A stretch of DNA of 64,000 bases. Origin: Basidiobolus meristosporus CBS 931.73 (lineage: Eukaryota; Fungi; Basidiobolomycota). Position numbers and translations under genes: made by a program. The notes under the pieces were generated by a model. It had not been told where the DNA came from. It ran no database searches and saw nothing but the letters and a program-made list of their open reading frames with translations. Positions 38,589 to 51,380 of this stretch are shown in pieces. Location of the stretch: assembly GCA_002104905.1 (NCBI GenBank), contig MCFE01000083.1:114485-178484 (forward strand), written 5' to 3'. Each line of letters starts with the position of its first letter. Position 1 is the first letter of the stretch.

Positions 38589-38978
38589 TGCTTTGTATTT
38601 AGGGCCAAAGGTAGGAAGTAGAAGGAGGAAGAGAAGATGGTTGAACTCGATTACATGCCTCGAGAAGTGGTGAATTCACTAAAATAATCCCAATTATTGA
38701 TGGGTTTGATAACCTGTGTTCTCATTGCAAATATTGGGATATTATCGAGATATTTAATATGGATTTTTCCACTCTTACGCCACCATCTTTGATAGCCAAT
38801 TGGGACGGTTAGTCAGATCAGTCTTGTGACTTGAAATTGAAGGCTCACTAAAGGTTCACTGATGGTTTGTGAAGCGTGGTTGTACGCTGATATGTGAGGC
38901 GTCGTTAACACTGTTGTTTACTGATGGTTTATTGCATATTTGAGGGATTGGTTTTAAAAAAGTGATTACTACAGTTGC

Positions 38979-39821
38979 TTACTGACTATTTTGAACCCCC
39001 CGATTTCTATGACGGACTTCTGGGTCTTGTGGCCCGTAGCTACGCGTAATTTCAGCATAGCTAGGTCTAGCTTCACCAGCCGCCATCTTTTCAAATAATG
39101 ATCCATCGTATATGCTCTCCAGAGTTTCCCGAGTGATAAGGCCGTTACGGGAGGCGATTAGCCAGAGTAAACCAAACTTGATCTTGGCTACAACCCTAAT
39201 GGCGATTAGGTTGATGTGAGTCCAGTCTCATAAGAGATGAATGATGTTGTGAACTTACCATCCGATTGGATCAAACATGCGGCGGGAGGACTCGGTTAGT
39301 TGGTAGCACTGCGCAAATGTAAGTGCTCCTTTCTTTTCAGTGTCAAACTTCTGGAAGATTTCCTCGAATCTGCCTCTGATGAAACGTCCTTCCCCATCGT
39401 AGACACCAGAATCAGAGCCATACTTCCCTCTCTTTATGTTGTCAACATAGATGTAAAAGAAGGGACTAGGGAGCCAACCGTCTTGGGTAACCCAGCTGAA
39501 TAGGATATGCATTACGATTGTGCCCAAGGCGGTTACGATTATGTTGGCGCCCAAGGATCTGATAGCTTTAAAGAAACGAAATTAGTAGAGGAATGAAAGT
39601 GGAAGCGCTACAATGGCCTTCTACCAAAGAAAGTATCCCACGGGGCAATGATGCCATCTCCATCTCGGTCGAAGAACTCAACGTGTTTGCGGAGGGCGGA
39701 CTGACGTTGATCTTTTTTGCCTGAATCAGGTGAGTCGTAGCCTAGAACCATTGACTGTTATATTGTGCAGATAAGAACAAAGCAGTGATAGACCTTTACC
39801 TTGATTTTCTGAGATGTCCAT
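38979..39821 (-). CDS. Caleosin / peroxygenase family protein, spliced
   Basis: EF-hand region LRKHVEFFDRDGDGIIAPWDTF, proline knot (WLPSPFFYIYVDNI), GSDSGVYDGEGRF, and IYDGSLF. Confidence 0.88.
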
Positions 39822-40733
39822 GATGATATACAGCAGTGAAGAAAGCGTGGAATTATATATTAATGGCTTAGTGGCTTAGAGGTAGCAAGTTGGGTGTATT
39901 GGTGTGGGACTCCATTGCAATTATATATGTGTGCAGAGACCCAATGAAGCGAGCAATTATGACGGAGTAAATGAATTTCATGTGAAGACGAGATGAAAAT
40001 CTCAGTCATAAGCAGCGAGCAATATGTGACTGGACAGCCTGTGACAGTTTGTGATAACCAAGGAAATTCAGCTAAATGAGTATGAGCTCATCCCCATTCC
40101 TACGTCATCATTTGTAGCCAAGTTGTTGCCGAAAGACAGCTATTTGTATTCTAATCCCACCCTAGCCTTGCTATTTGAGCCCTGACTGAGCCCTAACTGA
40201 GCCCTAACCCTATCCTATCTCTTACCAAATGCCTTATCTTGATGCTACTCCTAGCTATAGGTTCCACCTTCGTTCCTGCAACTAGGATTACGTATTTTTG
40301 GTCGACTTGGGTCCTCTAGTCCCAACCCTAACCCTACTCGAGTCCCAACTAGCAAATTGGCGAGAATCCTATTTGGTCGAATCCGACGTGATTAGCCGGA
40401 GCGGTCGGGCCTAATCTAGTATGCAAACTTTCCATAAATACTCCAGTTTTCTCGTTAAGCCCACTTGACCTGTCATCCGGTGAATTGCCAGGTCACATGG
40501 ATCGCCAAAATACCAGTAAAAATAGAAATGTGCCCTATATTGAACATGGAATTCTCCTGGCGGATGAAAAGTGTGCCTATTTCCTTTGTGAAGAGGATTT
40601 TACGGCAGTCCTGATATATAATTCATATGCCCATTGTGGAGCTCAAATAAATCCCTTTTTTTCGTGTGGGCTCGCAGCTTTTTGTAACTTGTCTGCTCGC
40701 CTCTCCTCACATAAATATACCCGCCCATTTGTC

Positions 40734-41584
40734 ATGAACAAGCTTAGTAAGCCTGTATTTAAACCAAACAAACCCAAGACCAAGCCTTTCCTCAACTTGG
40801 GACTGCATTCTGGCGCAGCAAGTGGGAATCTTGGCTTAGTGAAGTTCGCTCTAGATCATGGCCAGAGCATTAACTCGGTAGTGAACGGTGTACTTCCTAT
40901 CCACGCTGCTTGCTGTAGTGGTAATCCGGCCGTTGTGAAATATTTGATAGACAGAGGTGCCGATGTCAACGCTAGAAGGTGAACACTCCCTTCACCATTC
41001 TTCAAGTCACTTGCATACTTAAAGCTTTTGATAGAATTTCTCGAAGATACAGCGGAGAATCCGCTGACTCTGGACCCGGAAGCAGTTTAGCTGGAACTGG
41101 GAGTACGCCTTTACACTACGCTTGTGCTAATGGCTGTGTGCGTACGGTGATACTTCTACTAAGACATGGGGCACACCCCGATATACCCGATAAATATGGC
41201 AGTACCCCTTTGTCTATTGCTAAAGCCAGAAACCATCACGATATTGTTGAGCTGTTGCAAAATTTCTCGATCGAATCCTTCTACGACTACAGCTGTGACT
41301 CGTATGTTTCACCACCTCTCTCACCGGTAGATCCGGAACCCAACTCGAAGCCCACAGTTACGGAATGTGTTGAGGGAAGAAGGTCGCGTCGTGGAAGTAT
41401 GCAAGACCTACTCGACAGTGTCAGCCAGACTTTCGGCCGGAATAAAGCCCCGAGAGTAAGGAGCGACTCTGATCCGGTCAAATTAACCCCGGTTCAAGAG
41501 GAGGCAGAGAGCGCTGGGTTCGACTCCGCAACTAGACGAAGAAATTCCTCATTGAGCTCCATGGTTTCGGCCACGCATGCGTAG
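40734..41584 (+). CDS. Ankyrin-repeat protein (2 exons)
   Basis: GLHSGAASGNLGLVKFAL, PIHAACCSGNPAVVKYLIDRGADVN, TPLHYACANG, DKYGSTPL. Confidence 0.85.
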
Positions 41585-42149
41585 TAAGTCATCGCTAATG
41601 ACACATGTAAAGTTAGCCTAGAGCTCAAGGAGTCCACTCTATGTAACATCTATCTTCCCTGGATTCAACTGCTCAGCTCATACTTATTGTATACATTTAT
41701 ATCAGTTCGTGGGGGATCGTATGCTTTAGAACCTTTCCCCGCCTTATACCATTCGTCCCAGTTGCTACTATGTAGATAACCTAACCCTACGAATTCAGTT
41801 GTGAATAAACCATCAAATGTCCCAGATAGAATCTGATTTGCTCACTCGCGTGTATGTTGATCTGTGTTCTCTTCCATGCTAGCCAAGTGCACTTGGATCG
41901 AATGGTGCAATTTTGAATGAAAAAACGCTATACAAATAACTGCTCGAGTAGATGATGTCAATAAGTAAGACATGACTATTATGCCAAGGAGCGCACACTC
42001 CTTTTCGACACACTTGTCCGCCACTATGGGGATTGCTATTATGCAGAAGTTCCCAAGAGAGCTTGTATTTACAGGGTAGGAGATGCCATTATCCACATGA
42101 GTATAAAAGAGCGATAGCATCCAAATATGTCGCTACACTATTAGTACAT

Positions 42150-43153
42150 ATGAAATCGTTCAGATCATTCATTCTAGCCGCTCTTTCATTGACGGTCCCT
42201 GGCCTACTCGCTGAATCTCAGCTTCGGATTTTGTATAGCAGCTCACCTGAGGCCTCCTTCGCGTCCGTATCAACTGCTGTCATCGGCAAGCAAGAGGTGT
42301 TCATCATCGATTCCGGATTTACTGTCTCTGCGGCACAACAGCTGATCACCCTCATCAGGCAATCCACCAATCTGCCAGTGACAAAGATCTTCGCTACTCA
42401 TGAGCATCCCGACCATTATTTCGGCGCCACCGAAGTTCTCAGAGCTTATCCCAATGCTTCTCTGCTTGCATCTCCAAGTGTTGTGCAGAATATGAGGCAG
42501 AGCGTGCAAGGAAAAGGTATGCGTGCCGAATGAGATGGCCACCATCACACAGTCTCATATTCATATACATATCTATAGTGGAGCAATGGACGCCAGTGTT
42601 TGGACAGGCAGAGATTCCGAGTTCTCCTAAAACAGCCGAGCCGTTTAGAGGAAATAGGATATCGCTTAGGGGAAACGAGGACGAGCCGATTCACTTGCTT
42701 CAGCCATTGCAAGGAGATGTTGAAGACGTGACCGCCTATTGGATTCCATCGCAGAAGGCGTTGATAACAGGTGATCTGGTGTATTCCAGCAAGATCCATG
42801 TCTGGCTGGCCGAAGCACAGCGGCCCAGGAATCGGGCGAACTGGATACGCAGTCTAAACTGTAAGTTGCAATGTTCATCCTTGTGAGTCTGATCAGCACT
42901 GAATATCACTCGATCCTTTCTAGATCTCAACAGTCTCGGTCCCACCCTGGTGATCGGAGGGCACGTGCCTAGCACAGAGACGCCAAGGGTGTCAGATATC
43001 CAGGCCACCAAGGAGTACATTGAGTATTTCGATAAGAACGTCTATGGGAAAGGCTACACGACCCAACAGATATTTGATCTACTGAAGAGCAGATATCCAG
43101 ATCGGATCGGTCTGGCCATATTGAATCAAACCGCAATTGCATATGGGAAGTAA
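42150..43153 (+). CDS. Secreted metallo-beta-lactamase-fold hydrolase, copy 1 (2 introns)
   Basis: Signal peptide; IIDSG, THEHPDHYFG (HxHxDH), LITGDLVY, and IGGH motifs. Confidence 0.88.
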
Positions 43154-43570
43154 GGCGTCAATCAACGACCCATGCACATTCTTGTATATCAAAGTGATAT
43201 CTATAAACTTGACAAATTAAGATCTGATTTGATGTGTGCAACTATGCAACAGACGTTATACAATGGTCTGGCCGATAGGGCTTGGGCAAAACTCGCATTG
43301 CTTACCGTTGAATCAAAACTATTATCTAAAATGAGATGACGGGATGCACACCATTATTCCAACATGCTCATGGCAAGGTATGATTGTATAGTGGGCTTGC
43401 GTTATCCTTAGTCGCTTCAATCTGCAAGGGGCCAAGGATAGTCTTGATCGCCAGGTAGGGATGAGTGCTGTCCAGGAGAGGCAAGTGTAGTATCATCCTA
43501 ATTTTTCGTAAGTCTGAGCATAAAATGGTATGGCAGTTACTCCTATAGTAGTCTACCCGTTACTTTTCCC

Positions 43571-44601
43571 ATGAGGTTTCATTCAATCCATCTACAAGCT
43601 CTAACCTTAGTTGCCCTTGTATTGACAACTTTCAGCTTCGTTGCTGAATCGACCCTCCGCATTCTTCATAGCAGCTCACCTGAGGCCTCCTTCGCGTCCG
43701 TATCAACTGCTGTCATCGGCAAGCAAGAGGTGTTCATCATCGATTCTGGATTTACTGTCTCTGCGGCACAACAGCTGATCACCCTCATCAGGCAATCCAC
43801 CAGTCTGCCAGTGACAAAGATCTTCGCTACTCATGAGCATCCCGACCATTATTTCGGCGCCACCGAAGTTCTCAGAGCTTATCCCAATGCTTCTCTGCTT
43901 GCATCTCCAAGTGTTGTGCAGAATATGAGGCAGAGCGTGCAAGAAAAAGGTATGCGTGCCGAATGAGATTGCCACCATCACACAGTCTCATATTCATATA
44001 CATATCTATAGTGGGGCAATGGACGCCAGTGTTTGGACAGGCAGAGATTCCGAGTTCTCCTAAAACAGCCGAGCCGTTTAGAGGAAATAGGATATCGCTT
44101 AGGGGAAACGAGGATGAGCCGATTCACTTGCTTCAGCCATTGCAAGGAGATGTTGAAGACGTGACCGCCTATTGGATTCCATCGCAGAAGACGTTGATAA
44201 CGGGCGATCTGGTGTATTCCAGCAAGATCCATGTCTGGCTGGCCGAAGCACAGCGGCCCAGGAATCGGGCGAACTGGATACGCAGTCTAAACTGTAAGTT
44301 GCAATGTTCATCCTTGTGAGTCTGATCAGCACTGAATATCACTCGATCCTTTCTAGATCTCAACAGTCTCGGTCCCACCCTGGTGATCGGAGGGCACGTG
44401 CCTAGCACAGAGACGCCAAGGGTGTCAGATATCCAGGCCACCAAGGAGTACATTGAGTATTTCGATAAGAACGTCTATGGGAAAGGCTACACGACCCAAC
44501 AGATATTTGATCTACTGAAGAGCAGATATCCAGATCGGATCGGTCTGGCCATATTGAATCAAACCGCAATAGCATTTGGGAAGCAGGGTGCTACTGAATA
44601 A
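43571..44601 (+). CDS. Secreted metallo-beta-lactamase-fold hydrolase, copy 2 (2 introns)
   Basis: Same motifs as copy 1, with a different signal peptide. Confidence 0.88.
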
Positions 44602-45267
44602 TCAGTTCCTATCCATCTTCGTCATTACTTTGCAATTGTTGTATATTAGTGATTTGCGTTCCAGAGTATTTGCCTAAGTCCAACAACGATTTCGGCGGTA
44701 CTACTGGATTGCAGCAACCAGTAGGGTCAGGTGTTAATGTAATCCAGTGTGGTGAACTAGCCTGGGCAGTCTAACCTCATTTCCTTCAAAGCGGTATTTC
44801 CTCATATTGACCACTGTTCTATTTTCGTGTACAGGAGCCACATAGTATCCTGTGTTTGGAATACTCTCCACTAGCAAATCAAGATAATCAGACAGCCTAA
44901 TTAAAGGTTAGGATTAAGAATCAACCATCCACCCCTTGCCTCAACTGACGAAATCGCACACTCATGTTGAAACATCACCATTACAATTCGTTTATGTTTC
45001 ATATTCTCTTTTACAACACGAATCCGAAAATTGTGTGATGAAATCGCTAGCCCAACACAGTGATTGGGAAGCAGGAAGTGTAACTGCATGCAAGGAAAAA
45101 TAGCCTCCAGATGTTGGAATGTCGAGCGGTTTAATCTCTGCTCGAGAAGCATTATAGATGCCAAATCCGCTTTTCTGTATACCGTACATCATCAGTGTTC
45201 ACTGCATTGATGTGTTGATTGATTCAATAACAAAGTGAATGGAACCATTCATTCGGCCATGACCAAT

Positions 45268-45564
45268 TCAACAAACGATGAAAATACTCTTCCAGCCATA
45301 GCCGGTATTTTGCTCGGCGTTGGAGCCACTGGTTAATGTGAATACAGCAATGCCCTGGCAACCTCCATCATTGTACATTCGCCCACTTTGGCCAGTAGCA
45401 TACCATTTGTAACTCCCTTGAAAAGGTATATTGGAACACCCACAGGCACCAACATCCCTGCTTCCACCACTGAAATACTGGCCTGAATAGGCTACAAAGT
45501 GACTGGCATAGGTGGAGGTGCAAAGAACAGCGGTGGCAACAAAGTATAGGCTGATTCGGACCAT
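45268..45564 (-). CDS. MiAMP1-like (beta-barrelin) secreted antimicrobial peptide, 98 aa
   Basis: Signal peptide, then CGCS...GSY.W..TGQ...YN..GC.G......GWKSIFIVC, collinear with Macadamia MiAMP1 as I recall it (ending GWKSIFIQC). Confidence 0.82.
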   Translation of the reverse strand: MVRISLYFVATAVLCTSTYASHFVAYSGQYFSGGSRDVGACGCSNIPFQGSYKWYATGQSGRMYNDGGCQGIAVFTLTSGSNAEQNTGYGWKSIFIVC

Positions 45565-47863
45565 TGTTTCGAGGTGGTTGCTATTGTGTTTATTGTAGAG
45601 TGAGAAAAGATTGCCGACTTTTATACCTTTTGGATCGGAAATGGGCTGATGAAGAAAGGAGATGCATGAATGGCCAAAGCTCGAGTACCACCATGGCAGT
45701 ATACCAGTGTAATGGATCAAGGTGGCCAATCAAATGGGCTCTGTTCTCGCACCCTCTCATGGTGAGAATTATACCATTACCGTTATATGTGAAGCACTGG
45801 TCACGAATGTATCATAGTTCACCTCTAATCCAGTATTGCCAAGAATAGTGATATTGTTTGTTTCTAGACAGGGTGCCTTCTCAATGGACCTCGGTTTTTT
45901 GAGCAGCGTTAATTTGCTGGGATGTTGGATTGCCAACCATTTACAGCTCAATATGCAAAATAGGCAGAGTCCTTGCGAGAATACCAAATGATCATCGAGG
46001 TTGTTGACTTGGGTGCTGGGAAATACAAAGCTCCGAAACATCTCGGTTGCATATATCACTTTCTATTTAAATCATTTTGACCTCATAGAGATGAAGTGGA
46101 TGAAATCTCTCGAGTATGCACTTCGTGATAATATTTTGCTTTTTTCAAAACGGCTGCAAAAACCTTGTTTTATATTGCCTTCACTGAAGTAATTTTTGGC
46201 AAATTTTAATCGGACCAAATGGTCCAACACCTCATTGATGAATAACGAGTATGGCTTTAAACAGTTATATTTCAACCATTTAAAAGCCAACCCTACCAAC
46301 TCTTGTTGAGTATTGTTCGTTTTTATATGCCACATTCAAGTGCTTGACATAGCAGTCTTCGCCCATTGGGTGGCGAGGGTTGCAACTGCATGAAAACTCA
46401 ACCTTAGTGCCTGTGGCCTGTGAGCGGTAGTACAAGTAGTGCCAGTTAATCTGCAACCTTCACTTGTCGCAGGCAAGTGTGATTTCATCACTTCTGAGTT
46501 GCCTCTGGCTACCAGGTGGTCCCTTAATGTCTGTACCAGCCGAAGTTTTACGATTTTGCAAGAACTTGTATACTAAAATATCCTTGAAAGAGGAATGAGA
46601 TATGCTATGCTTTTGATAAGCAAACATACAGTAAGAGCTATAGGCATTGGCCTCACAGGTAAGGTTTTGGTGGGTATGCTGAGTGCATGTATAGCCATCA
46701 AACTTGGTACCTGACTAGCCCTAACGTATTGAAGGATGGTGCTCGCGTAGAATATAGGAAATGCTATGTAACTGGCAGTCACATGGAGAACAGAATGACC
46801 ATCACATAGTTATTCTCTATACACGTGAATGAAACCTAATCACCACTTAAGACCCCCGAGGTATGTAAATATTGAGTGAACACTCTAAGTGCTGTATACG
46901 TTAGTCACCTGAACTTATATTTTAGCATTGAAGACAGAAAAATCCCCAGTCATAATCCAGGTGTAAAGCTGGGAAGAATTTCTAGAAGTGATTTTTCGCA
47001 GAATGACATCTCTTCCATAACCAGCAATGGAAAGGAATGAATGACGAATAGAAAACGACCCTCCCCCAAGGCATTTTTAGTTAGCGCAGGTGCCTAGGAG
47101 CCTAACTTATGATTAACCCCAAACTCAACCAAGTGCTTAGATTCTCTACTTTTGGTACCCATTTGCACATCCACATCATTTCTTGCTTTACCAGTAATTT
47201 GCTACTTTATCACCCCTATAACCATTATTCAGAGGCGTAGTAAGTCTTTTCATTGAAATTCTTGCACCATTTTCTTCGATTAATAATGTAATCTTATTAT
47301 AAACCAAAAGTAAAAGGCCCCTCCCCTCCTTTAATCTGTATTAGAAGTCACATCTTCATTTCTGACTTCCGGTGAGCATGCCAATAGTCCCTTCATCATT
47401 GGTATAGTTGTTCTGGTGCATCTTGTTATAGTTTTCACTTGCGTTTTGTTGTATGGGGTATTTAGTAAGAGCCTTCAGTTGATCTATAACAATAGCCATG
47501 ACTGAAGCCATACATTTATACAGACCACCGCAATGAAACTGATTTGCCTACCTTAGCACCAAGAAGGGAGAGAGCAGTCAATGCAATTCCACATGGGGCT
47601 AGCAGTAAGAGCAATGCGGAATCCTCCGATACAAGGGCCAACAATGTTCCGCCATATGTTCAAGTTAATATCATTCTACCTGTCGCACCCAAAAGTGAGA
47701 TGATACTCAATGTACTTCCATATGATGCACACAGTAACAGTAATAGGGCTTCTTCTACCACAAGTGATAGCAATCTTCCTTTATATGGTCAAGCTATAGC
47801 TAATCCACCTCCTACCTCTTGTGCATTAGGTAATAGTTAGACTTTCAAATTTGAAAGGCAGAG

Positions 47864-48783
47864 TCAGGACTTTGCAAGTAGTAAAAATGCGCAATTGATC
47901 AGAGCTCTATATTGAATGAAATACTCGATTCCGAAAGCCAAACCTTCGACTAATTTTGATACATCACCTCCAGGGGCAGTTACAATAATCAGCTTGGCTC
48001 CACCCAATTTCTGTAGCTGGTCCACTGCATCTTGTTTGGATTGGTCAATGTATACAAGCGCTCCAAATTTTTGGGCGAGACCTTGCTTACTTGCCGAGCT
48101 GGAAAGAGCTACTGTGCGGTAACCAAATTTGTTGGCGTATTGAATAGCTAGGTGGCCCAGCCCACCAATACCAACAACAGCACAAACATCCCCGGGATAG
48201 ATGTTGTCCATATGCCTCATGGAGTTGTAAACAGTAATACCGGCACACAGCAATCGTGCAGTCTCAGCAGAGCTGAGCTCGTCAGGGATTCTACATAACG
48301 CGCTTTGTTTGGCCACCATGTATTGCGCATACCCTCCGTCTTGTCTAACTCCGGTTACCCAGAACTTCTCGCGATCGATGAATGAGTCACGGCAGCAAGC
48401 TTCACAGGTGCTACAGTAACCAGCATTCCAGCCAACACCGATTCGTATTCCTTCTTTCTAGAGAGAAGAAACCTGGAACAAAAGTCAGCATCTCTCGCGT
48501 AAGAGTCAACTGGCTACCATCTCGTACATTCTCACCCAAATTCTGAATCCTTCCGACAACTTCGTGACCAGGGATCACCGGATAATTGAAACCAGGCATT
48601 GCATTATATTGAAGAACGCAATTACTGGAGAAATCTTAGTATCATTGATCCGTCTTACGAGTGGCAAATCCCGCATGCTTCCACTTTGACCAGAACTTCT
48701 CCAGGACCAGGGGTAGGGATTGGCTTTTCGACGACATCAAGGTCGCTGCCTGGCTTGCTAAAGGTGACGCACTTCATAGACAT
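47864..48783 (-). pseudogene. Zn-dependent alcohol dehydrogenase, apparently C-terminally truncated
   Basis: CGICHS, GHEVVG, LLCAGITVY and GIGGLGHLAIQYA motifs. Homology stops at LAFG, and the fourth structural-Zn Cys is replaced by Arg. Confidence 0.7.
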
Positions 48784-50530
48784 TGCCGTAAGTAATATGA
48801 CCTACTGAAAGTAATGTTGTGGGATTATGAGGTTGTTATCCGCAGGAAATTCATCGAGATATGCCCAATTGGGAACAGATTCTTTACCTTGCCAAGTACC
48901 ACTATTATAAACATTTGTTCTGAATAGAGATATCATTATTGAGCTTATTACCACGTAGCTTAACAGCCGAAAAGTTCACTCAACTTTAGCACCGGTCTTT
49001 TACTCTGATAGAAGTAATACCTTCACAAATACCCATAGCTGCAGTGAATTAACATGGTTCTATACCTCTGTCTATTAATTAAGCTGGTTGTCACTGTCTG
49101 TTGCAGCCTGCTCTTGTAAAGCATACATGCACTAACTGCTCCATTTAATATAACCATTTTACAAATACCTATCGAGGAATATGAATGGGGTTTGCAATCT
49201 ATCCGCAGTGATGGTCTACAGCTTGGCATATAGATGCTCTGAGGCCCTTGGAAGCTTAATAGAAACATTAGCATTAGGGGCTGTACGATTTACTTCCATT
49301 TTTAATGCAATTGCTATTGTGTGACCAATCCAAGTATAGAGTTTTGGATGGTAGGCTTGGTACACAGTTTTGGAAGGTAGGCTTGGTATGATTCGGGAAA
49401 GAGTTTACTGAGTTGAATGGGGGTATTACTTCATGAGCTCTCATCGACTGAAGAAAATGGCTTTCATTCCTGAGCCAAAATGACTAACCAGTTCATTCTG
49501 CTAGCGCCTTCCCTCGCTCCCTCTGCTCATCATCTGTAGATAATCGAGCGTGAGTAAGCTTTTTTATTTTTGGGGAACTGGTTACGAATCCATAAATATC
49601 ATTGCATCGTGCAAATACGTACCTGTGCGATGAACACAAGTCCACTAGAGGTCATACTCACTCTGTTGGTAACACCCGGCGCGAAGATTCGGAGATTGTA
49701 TGCGTCGGGTGTAACAAGTGACCATCTCTAAACCTGAACACCTCTGGCAGCTAGTGCTACTTGTACTCTGAAAAATTGGTGGATGGTGTGTTGGCGAGAA
49801 AATTGATTCCTGCTAGCTCCACGCCCACAATTCGGCTATTTGCTGGTAAAGCGAAGAGTTCACCACATCTGCTTTAACGCTCACCCACTATATAAACACT
49901 TGTTGCATAAAGTTGATTTATTGTCCAGCCCTCTGAGGCTCACAGTATCATCAACTGAGCAAAAATGATCAGCCATCACGGCGAAATTGTGTTTTCATAT
50001 TGAGCTGTTTTACACCTAATGCAATCCCAACTTATAGAGCATAATGCCCTGCAGAGTAAGGGACCAACTAAGTGAGGTGTGCGATTCTTTGGTAGATGCT
50101 TAAAGGGCGAGTTACACATACGATAATCCTTGTCATAAACGTAACAGCATTAATTAAGACCAGGAATCAATATTTGGTAGTCGAAAAAGTGGCATTAATG
50201 TTGCACCAAGTTGGCCCGGAGTAAAGGGAATTCCGCTCATTTGGTATAGTGTTCCACGAAAGGTTTCGGGAAAATGATGATTTTCGTGCTTCAAATTGAT
50301 ATTGACTCGACCTATTAGAAGAACGTTCATATGTAGCAGCAGTATGGAAAGCTTTCTAGAAATATCTCGCACGACAGCCTAAGACTACAGTTAATCTACT
50401 CACTTGCCCTACACAATGCCGAAATACCCCAGAATAACCCGAGCTAATGATATTTTTAGAACGAGGCCGATTTGTGTACTTATATAAATACCGGGCGAAT
50501 CTAACGCTTGGCACTCATCTATTGCCAGAT

Positions 50531-50854
50531 ATGTACCGCTCTTTTACTTTGACTCTTGGAATTCTAGCCCTCGCTGCGAATGTTGCAGCTCTGTTTCGCT
50601 TTGCTTCCTCAACCTGTACCAACTACCGAGATTGCAATGGATCTGGTCTACTGATTTCTGACCCCGGAAAGCACTATGTAAAAGGAATGTCCTACGAGTG
50701 GGAAGGAACTGGTAGTGGATACTGTATGACACTTTGCCGTGGTACTACAAGTCTTGGAACACGGTGTAGTAGCTACAATAATCCCAACATCAAATACACT
50801 CAAGTGAATATTTGCCGTGCTTCAAATCACCTGGGTTGCGGATACTGCGGCTAG
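50531..50854 (+). CDS. Small secreted cysteine-rich protein (107 aa, 8 Cys)
   Basis: Hydrophobic signal MYRSFTLTLGILALAANVAA followed by an 8-Cys mature region. TATAAATA lies upstream. Confidence 0.72.
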   Translation: MYRSFTLTLGILALAANVAALFRFASSTCTNYRDCNGSGLLISDPGKHYVKGMSYEWEGTGSGYCMTLCRGTTSLGTRCSSYNNPNIKYTQVNICRASNHLGCGYCG

Positions 50855-51380
50855 ACTTTGGTACTAGAGCAGAGGCCTGAGGAATGTTATTGACTGACAG
50901 CAGCCAAACTGTCGTAATGCATCTAAATAAAAAGGCCAAAATAGCTTGATGATCCACATTGAAGTTTCCATTGTAAGTGATGCTCAGGTAATTGCATATC
51001 ATCGCAGCAGTATGTAGTTTGAAACGAACCAAAGCGTTGGATCACTCCCATATCAGGAAAGCACTTCTCATATAATTAAGAATGATTTTGTCAGTGTATT
51101 CTATACTAGGTTTTCAAGGTGCTTTGAAGAAGCATGGCTAAAACTCCATTTTACCTCTGTTATTCTCCCTAAATCTAAAAAATATTCATTGCATCAAGTT
51201 CTGGGTGCTGAAATTTATGCAATAAGAATTTTATGCTGTTGGCAACTCTAGTACTGATACATAGGTAGACAAAGTACTCCTTTTGGATACTACTATCTAC
51301 TGTTTGTTGCAAAACCTGTGTGGTTAGTATTATAATACTTGAGAAAATACACATCATGTAGTACTCTGGGCATTGGTCCA

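Noticed and set aside
49340-49391. 26-bp imperfect tandem duplication
   Set aside because: Two copies only, intergenic, with no associated structure.
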